32,000 bases of DNA from Microcystis aeruginosa NIES-843. Its GTDB lineage: Bacteria > Cyanobacteriota > Cyanobacteriia > Cyanobacteriales > Microcystaceae. The stretch spans positions 4,470,001 to 4,502,000 of the forward strand of contig NC_010296.1 of NCBI RefSeq assembly GCF_000010625.1, read 5' to 3'. The translations under genes and the position numbers were made by a program. The notes beneath the pieces were generated by a model. It was given only the letters and a program-made list of their open reading frames with translations, did no database searches and was not told the DNA's origin. Positions 26,269-32,000 of this stretch are shown here, one piece after another. Every line of letters begins with the position of its first letter. The stretch's first letter is position 1.

Positions 26269-26961
26269 TTAAATTCTTTTTCCCAAACTAACGCCCGCTA
26301 AACCAAAGGCTAACAGAGCAAGCAAGGAAGAAGGTTCGGGGATTTCGGTTCCTGCAAACTGAATCTCTGAGAAGCCAATGCGATTGTTTGTGCTGGGGCT
26401 AGTGAACCCCCCAAAGTTACTCAGATTAGTAAATCTAACATTAGTCGCAGCGACTGAGGCAAAACTGAACTGCTGTGGGGTCTGACTGGTAGCTGGGGAA
26501 CCAAAAGTTCCTTGAGCAAACACAATGGGAGCGCCACTCAGGGTACTCCAAGTTGTTCCACCGTTGTTGGAGTATTGAATCGTCACATTTTTAATTCCCT
26601 GACGGGTAAGCTCGGCACTACTACCGCCAAGGTTCCAGAAAGTAAACCCAGATAGATTATAGCTACCATTGAGATTAAAAGTGATAGTACCTGAGGGAAT
26701 TGTGGTGCCCTGCGTGTTACTTAAAATAGCTGACCGCCAAGAATTACCATTCAGCGACTGCACATGATTTCCCGTAAGACTCGGAGTGTTAACCGGCAGC
26801 CCCTGGCCGTTGACGGCATTGATTAGAGCCCACTGAGTTGATATGTTCGTTGAGGCAGTGACTCCAGGAATTAGAGTAGCGGCTTGGGCGTTTTGTGCCA
26901 CACCCAACATTAAGCCGAAAGTGGCAGTGGATAAAACAAGGGTCTTAATAGTGAGTTTCAC
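26269..26961 (-). CDS. Secreted PEP-CTERM-anchored protein with a beta-rich, possibly carbohydrate-binding domain
   Basis: A signal peptide (MKLTIKTLVLSTATFGLMLGVAQNAQA) is followed by a Ser/Thr/Asn/Gly-rich body. The C-terminal PEP-CTERM sorting signal is EIPEPSSLLALLAFGLAGVSLGKRI. Confidence 0.8.
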   Translation of the reverse strand: MKLTIKTLVLSTATFGLMLGVAQNAQAATLIPGVTASTNISTQWALINAVNGQGLPVNTPSLTGNHVQSLNGNSWRSAILSNTQGTTIPSGTITFNLNGSYNLSGFTFWNLGGSSAELTRQGIKNVTIQYSNNGGTTWSTLSGAPIVFAQGTFGSPATSQTPQQFSFASVAATNVRFTNLSNFGGFTSPSTNNRIGFSEIQFAGTEIPEPSSLLALLAFGLAGVSLGKRI

Positions 26962-27294
26962 TGGAAAATCTCCTTAATTAAAAGCTAGGTACCGTCAAAA
27001 GTGTACCAGCAATTCTCATTTTAAAAAGTAACAAGTGATACAGACAGAAACAAATCTTTAAGCAAGCTACAAAATGCGCTCCCGCGAGTGCGACTGCATC
27101 GCAGAGAAGTGAGTATATAGAGTATTTATACTCAAAATATTTGAAAGATGGGAGAAATCTAGAACAAAAGTTCTCTACATCAGAAAGAGAACCAAATAAA
27201 AATTGATGATTGTTGTCTGTTGAGGTAAAATTATTAAGTTGGAAATATTAATTAATCAAACTGTTCTGCGATGACGAAAAAGGCTGTGACTTGA

Positions 27295-28800
27295 GAAATT
27301 CCTGAATTAATACAATTTTTAGTTCAAGAATTACATGACTTACCCGATGACAGAAAACCAGGAAACAATACCAAATATCAGGTAGAAGATGCAGTTAAGG
27401 CGGCTTTTTCGGTTTTTTTTACTCAGTCACCTTCTTTTTTAGAGCATCAACGTTTGATGAAAAGTAGTAAGGGAAAAGATAATGCTTCAAGTTTATTTGG
27501 TATCAAAAAAATACCTGGTGATAATCAAATCAGAAACCTGTTAGATCCTATCCCAGCTGCCACAATATTTGGCTCTTTTCAACAAGTCTATCAATGGTTA
27601 AAAAAACCGGGAGTTATTAAAAAATTTTTCTACTTAGATGAGGAAATTTTAATAGCTTTAGATGGTACGGAATATTTTTCTTCAAAGAAAATTAGTTGTC
27701 CCCATTGTAATTGCCGCAATCCTCGTAATGGAACGACAACTTATTTTCATGGTTGCGTCACGCCAATTGTGGTTTCTCCTGAGCAAAAACAAGTGATTAA
27801 TTTAGAACCAGAATTTATTAAAAAACAAGATGGGCAGCAAAAACAAGATTGTGAAAATGCGGCTGTTAAAAGATGGTTAGATAAGAATCATCAAAAGAAG
27901 TATGGTTATCCTGTAACCCTGTTAGGAGATGACTTATACTCTCGCCAACCTATCTGTGAGTTAGCTCTAAAACAAGGTTATAATTTTATTTTTGTTTGTC
28001 TTGAAACTTCTCATAAAACCTTATATGAATGGCGAGAATTTTTAGAAAAAAGTGGAGAAGTTAAAACGGCTCTTCGGTTTGTGTTATGCAATGGACGGGG
28101 GTTATAAGGGATGGAACCGTTATATAGAAAGGCATTTAGCGATTTTTGTCAATTGTTTTTGATATAGAGCGAACTAATCAATTAAGTCTCTTACCAGATA
28201 AGGATTTAGTCGATTTATGCCCCCCTATCGAACCATACCAAGTAACGAAGAACCGTTAAAACCGTAGAAAAGAAACAATGGGATGGACGAAAGAATCTCA
28301 TTTATCGTTATCGTTATGTTTCTAGAGTTCCTCTGAGAGAGGTCGAGTCAAGTCTCGAAGTTAATTGGTGTGAAGTCACGGTCATTAATGAAAAAACACA
28401 GAAAATTATCTATCAAAATAATTGGATTACCAATCATCAAATTACTGAAAATAATGTTGAAAAAATTGTCAAAGCTGGACGCAGCAGATGGAAAGTTGAG
28501 AATGAAGGAAATAACGTTCTTAAAAATCACGGTTATAATTTAGAACATAATTTTGGTCATGGTCAAAGTCATTTATGCGAGTTCTTGTTGTCTTTAAATT
28601 TACTAGCTTTTTTATTTCATACCGTTTTAGATTTAGTTAATCATACTTATCAAAAGATTCGTGAGTTATTAGTTACTCGCACCAGTTTTTTTAATGATAT
28701 TCGTACTTTATTAAAATATTTTTGGTTTAAGAATTGGTCAGAGTTTTTCTTGTTTATTCTTACCGAATATGTCCCGCTCAAAAAAATAAATTCTAGTTAA
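27295..28800 (+). pseudogene. DDE transposase (IS4-like), interrupted by a MITE insertion and lacking an intact N-terminal start
   Basis: Frame 1 is open from 27295, and an upstream ATG at 27271 is out of frame. Removing 28068-28262 (MITE plus one TSD, 195 bp) joins ...SGEVKT to VEKKQWDGRKN... in frame. The candidate DDE triad is IALDGTEY, LLGDDLYS and GRSRWKVENEGNNVLK. Confidence 0.8.
28068..28254 (+). mobile_element. MITE family 1, copy C (complete, 187 bp), inserted in the transposase gene
   Basis: The element starts GGCTCTTCGGTTTGTGTTATGCAATGGACGGGGGTTATAAGGGATGG and ends CCAAGTAACGAAGAACC. It is flanked by a perfect 8-bp direct repeat GTTAAAAC (28060-28067 and 28255-28262). Confidence 0.9.
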
Positions 28801-29243
28801 AAATGTCAATTTTTCGAGAGAAGGAAAGATTATTTTATTCATTGAAAAAACCACAAATTAGGTCAGAATTTCAGCTAAATTTATGAGTTGAGATAAGTTT
28901 TTTATGGGCAGATATTTTAAAACTGTCTCTTGAAGCTAATTATGATGATTATCTTGAAAAAAAATGATAATTAGACAGAAGTTCTCTTGTTCACATAGAG
29001 AACTTTATCTTCTTTTGTTTTCAAAATGAGAATTGCTGAAAGGGTACAACGCACCCCCCATATCATATTTGTTTTTTTGGCCAATGTCCACTACTTTTGC
29101 TGTAGATTTTTTTTCCACGTTATGGTAAGGGAATCGGGGGACACGGGGAAAACGCCCATCTGGTGGCGCAGTTAAGAAAGTCAGAAGCCAGAAATCGGGT
29201 GGGGAAGAAATTCTGTCTTCTGCCTTGATGACGGGCAATCTGC

Positions 29244-30653
29244 CTACTGATGAGATTCTAGCCTCGTGGTTTTGCTATTGTCACCATCCGAGAATAAATC
29301 ATCGCTAAATAGATCATCAAGGGACAGTTCTTCGTCAGAAGGCAAGGATTCTAGATTGCCCATTTCTTCACTATCCAACATACTGAAGAAATCTAGTTCT
29401 TCTTGGTCACTCGCAACAGAAGCAACATTTTGGCGGTTAGATGCAACTGTCGGGGTTTCTTCCGCAAAATAATCGAATAATTCGGGGTTATTGCTGTCAG
29501 CGGTATCAGCAAATAAGTCATCGAGAAAATTTGGGTTATCAGCGAATTTTTCGGCATCGGTGGCTAATAAATCAGAGAAACTGGTGTCACTGCTAACGGT
29601 TTCTTGAATCTGACCGTAATTAGCCGATAATTCTTCTAGGCTACTGATCGTTCTCGTTTCTTCCTCTAATGTTAAACTGTTGAGAAATTCTATCTCAGCA
29701 GCGGACATCTCCCAGTCAGAGATTGCTGGTTCTGCCATGACGGGAAAATCTTCGCTCCCAGTCATTTCTGGAGAAACTAAGGTTTCTTCTGGGCTGTTTA
29801 AACCGTCAAATGTCTCCTCGAAAACGGAGGTTTCTAGGGGCATTTCGGGGGCAAATTCTGGTTCCAATACTAGGGTTTCTTCGGTGATAAAACCATCAAA
29901 AGGATTCATCTCACTGCTGAATTCTGATTCGGAAACCGGCGTTTCTAGGGGCGTTTCAGGGGCAAATTCTGGTGGCAATCCCAGGTTTTCTTCGGTGATA
30001 AAACTATCAAAAGGATTTATTTCTTCGGCACTGGGGCTATCGGGGAAATCATCCCAGGGTTCGACGATTTCAGTGGTTCGATCATCCACTACCGTTTGGC
30101 GGGCGTTTTGTAATTCTAACAGTTGGCTTTGATAACCCTGTTCTAGTTGTTGAATTTGCGACTGATAGCCCTTTTCTAATTCTAGAATCTGCTCCTGTTG
30201 ACTTTGACGCAGGGCTTCCATTTCCCCTTGCTTCCCGTCTATGATCTCTTGTATTTGACTTTGATAGCTTTGGCGCAATTCCTCGATTTTAGCTTCGTAT
30301 TCCTCTTGAAGTGGCTGAATTTGGGTTTTATCGGCGACTTCCACGGCTTGAGCGGGAGTTGCGCTGGCTATCTCTTGCAAACGTCCTTGGCTATCTTCTA
30401 ATTCTTTTTGCAATTTAGCCACTTCTTCTCTATAGGTGGCTTCGATATTGCGAATCCGCTCTTCGGAGAGAGCGAGTAGTTTTAACTCTCCTTTGGTATC
30501 TTCTAACTCCGCTTGGGTGTCACCCCAAGCCGCCTGAATTTTCTCATATTTCTGTAGTGCTTCCCTGATTTTTCCCTCTTGGAGGGCATATAAAGCCCCA
30601 CCCCCGATCGCACCTCCACCGACAAAACCGATTAAAATATCGAAGATACTCAT
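29244..30653 (-). CDS. Hypothetical membrane-anchored coiled-coil protein with an acidic repeat-rich C-terminal half
   Basis: An N-terminal Gly-rich TM helix (IFDILIGFVGGGAIGGGALYAL) is followed by about 160 aa of heptad-like Q/E-rich sequence (GYQSQIQQLEQGYQSQLLELQ). A duplicated ~37-aa acidic unit follows (NPFDSFITEENLGLPPEFAPETPLETPV / NPFDGFITEETLVLEPEFAPEMPLETSV). A strong RBS, GAGGAGGAA, lies upstream of the ATG. Confidence 0.7.
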   Translation of the reverse strand: MSIFDILIGFVGGGAIGGGALYALQEGKIREALQKYEKIQAAWGDTQAELEDTKGELKLLALSEERIRNIEATYREEVAKLQKELEDSQGRLQEIASATPAQAVEVADKTQIQPLQEEYEAKIEELRQSYQSQIQEIIDGKQGEMEALRQSQQEQILELEKGYQSQIQQLEQGYQSQLLELQNARQTVVDDRTTEIVEPWDDFPDSPSAEEINPFDSFITEENLGLPPEFAPETPLETPVSESEFSSEMNPFDGFITEETLVLEPEFAPEMPLETSVFEETFDGLNSPEETLVSPEMTGSEDFPVMAEPAISDWEMSAAEIEFLNSLTLEEETRTISSLEELSANYGQIQETVSSDTSFSDLLATDAEKFADNPNFLDDLFADTADSNNPELFDYFAEETPTVASNRQNVASVASDQEELDFFSMLDSEEMGNLESLPSDEELSLDDLFSDDLFSDGDNSKTTRLESHQ

Positions 30654-30958
30654 TATGGGATTCCTCCTCTAGGAAAATTTACTTTATAATATGCCCAATC
30701 TCAGAGGATAATTCACAAGGGGCAAATGTGGTCAGTGTTTTCCGCCGCTCTCTATGCCGATTGCTTTTGATTGTGGCAGCAATTATCAGAAAAAGAAAGC
30801 AAATATTCAGTTTTTTATCGGCAAATGTTCACCCTTAGGGCAGTTATCTCGATGGTGAGGTACAAAGTCTCTGGTTTTAGGGAGTCGGTTGTCGATGTCA
30901 AATCCAGTCATACCTCGTCTTTGTGAGAAACGCCGTCGGTAGTGTTCGGCAAGACATT

Positions 30959-31900
30959 TCACTGAAGCTGTATTTCCCGATAAGCTTGATAAACGCCGCG
31001 CACGTTGTACCAATTGAGAAAAATGCGGGCAATTTCTAGGGCTAATTGCGGTTTACCTCGATCGATCAACCATTGTAACAGAGGGGAGAGGCTGCGTTCA
31101 TTCAGGGTTCCCCCTAGGGAAAGTAAACCCCACAACAGTCGATGAATCCAAGTCATTTGAATCATCATCCGCACTTCCCAGGTGGGATGTTTTTGATAAA
31201 AAAGCACTCCCATTCGTCCTCGTTGAATTTCCTTATCGATGAGATTGGGAATTTGAGCGAGATTAAAGGGGGGATGCCAATGATAACCGACGGCTTCAGG
31301 ACATTTGATTAATTTTAGTCCTAATTGCTTCAATCTCACCCCTAATTCCAAATCTTCCCAACCGTAGAGTTGAAACTGGGTATCAAATAATCCCGCCGCT
31401 AATAACCATTTTTTAGCGATCGCCACGTTGCCCGTGGCAAAATAGGCGGCGGAGAAATCGGTGATTTTATAGGGTTCACTGGTGGGATGCTCGAAGTTAC
31501 AGGTATTAATGACACTGCCGTAGGTAAATAAGCGATCGCTGCTGAGACTTGCTGCCCCGGCGGTTAAAGCGTCGGCGTGGGCTTGCAAAAAATTTTCTGT
31601 CACTACCAGATCGCTATCGATAAAAATAATCGTATCACCACTAGCTTTTTCTACCCCCAGATTCCTAGCGAGCGCCGGTCCGCCGTGATCCTGTTGCCAC
31701 AGTTGCAGATGGGGTAAATTAGCCTTTTGACTTTCTAGCCAAGCGATCGTCGCATCGGTAGAGCCATCATCGACAAGGACTATTTCGTAGTTTTCCACCT
31801 TATTATCGGTTAAACGCTGATTTTCTAGGGCTAGTAAACATTTTTTTAAAATTGCTTGGCGATTGTAGGTAGGGATGACAACACTGATCAGCACGGGCAT
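30959..31900 (-). CDS. Family 2 glycosyltransferase
   Basis: The GT-A signature is ISVVIPTYNR...IVLVDDGSTDAT...IIFIDSDL. Confidence 0.85.
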   Translation of the reverse strand: MPVLISVVIPTYNRQAILKKCLLALENQRLTDNKVENYEIVLVDDGSTDATIAWLESQKANLPHLQLWQQDHGGPALARNLGVEKASGDTIIFIDSDLVVTENFLQAHADALTAGAASLSSDRLFTYGSVINTCNFEHPTSEPYKITDFSAAYFATGNVAIAKKWLLAAGLFDTQFQLYGWEDLELGVRLKQLGLKLIKCPEAVGYHWHPPFNLAQIPNLIDKEIQRGRMGVLFYQKHPTWEVRMMIQMTWIHRLLWGLLSLGGTLNERSLSPLLQWLIDRGKPQLALEIARIFLNWYNVRGVYQAYREIQLQ

Positions 31901-31952
31901 TCGGGGGTCAAGATTACCGTTTTAGCTTACCAAATAACCTCGGTTCCTTGAT

Positions 31953-32000
31953 TAGACCTCCTGCAAAAACCAACAATCTTCGTTCAGGATTCAGGAGACA
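31953..32000. mobile_element. Probable terminus of another MITE family 2-like element, running off the window
   Basis: TAGACCTCCTGCAAAAAC at 31953-31970 matches the 25803 and 26030 termini (TAGACCTCTTGCA[T/A]AA). Confidence 0.4.

Larger units (their letters stand above)
27003..29047 (+). mobile_element. IS element (IS4 superfamily-like), degenerate; ends approximate
   Basis: The outer inverted repeat is GTACCAGCAATTCTCATTTT (27003-27022) versus AAAATGAGAATTGCTGAAAGGGTAC (29023-29047). An inner inverted pair is AAAGTTCTCTACATCAGAAAGAGAAC (27167-27192) versus GTTCTCTTGTTCACATAGAGAACTTT (28981-29006). These repeats enclose the transposase reading frame. Confidence 0.6.

Noticed and set aside
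25494-28254. The three ~150-187-bp repeats read as a CRISPR-like or gene-duplication structure
   Set aside because: The copies occur in mixed orientation and at irregular spacing. Two have terminal inverted repeats and 8-bp target duplications, which is MITE behaviour.
29005-29238. 77-aa minus-strand ORF downstream of the coiled-coil gene
   Set aside because: It overlaps the IS right terminal repeat, and has no RBS or recognisable motif. It is probably non-coding 3' flank.
29680-30132. 150-aa plus-strand ORF, with 29266-29472 and 30198-30401
   Set aside because: They are antisense to the coiled-coil/acidic repeat gene. Their Ser-rich translation is the mirror of the Glu/Asp-rich sense frame. 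The sense gene has the RBS and a coherent architecture.
30807-31013. 68-aa ORF overlapping the 3' end of the GT2 gene
   Set aside because: It overlaps the GT2 coding end by 55 nt in another frame, is basic and of low complexity, and has no support.

Overview
This is a cyanobacterial chromosomal segment. Evidence: HIP1 GCGATCGC palindromes at 2694-2701, 6949-6956 and 13635-13642, plus ycf3 and chlI. The density of heptamer arrays and MITEs suggests a Microcystis-like genome, but that is inference only. About 24 protein genes are recognisable and most are housekeeping: alr, a CYP120-like P450, an ABC1 kinase, chlI, glyS, miaE, pheA, lepB, mazG, gatC, ycf3, a histidine kinase, a USP and two glycosyltransferases. 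I found no rRNA, tRNA or CRISPR array. Accessory content falls into four groups. (1) The 5' part of a group II intron with its RT/maturase lies at the left edge (1-1193, minus strand). (2) A translationally coupled ABC-type ATPase plus TIGR02646-type HNH nuclease pair (7515-9625, minus) sits between chlI and a glycosyltransferase. It matches the known Septu (PtuA/PtuB) anti-phage architecture and is the only clear system in the window. (3) A mobile-element-riddled stretch (25.4-29.1 kb) holds three copies of a 187-bp MITE with 8-bp target duplications, a second nested MITE, and an IS4-like transposase pseudogene split by one of the MITEs. (4) Several families of phase-locked heptamer repeats occupy intergenic spacers, including (CTGATAA)n arrays with a conserved core and G4-capable (GGGGTGT)n arrays. 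I did not find a convincing, clearly undescribed multi-gene system. The Septu-like pair, the repeat families and an acidic coiled-coil repeat protein are the items most worth follow-up.
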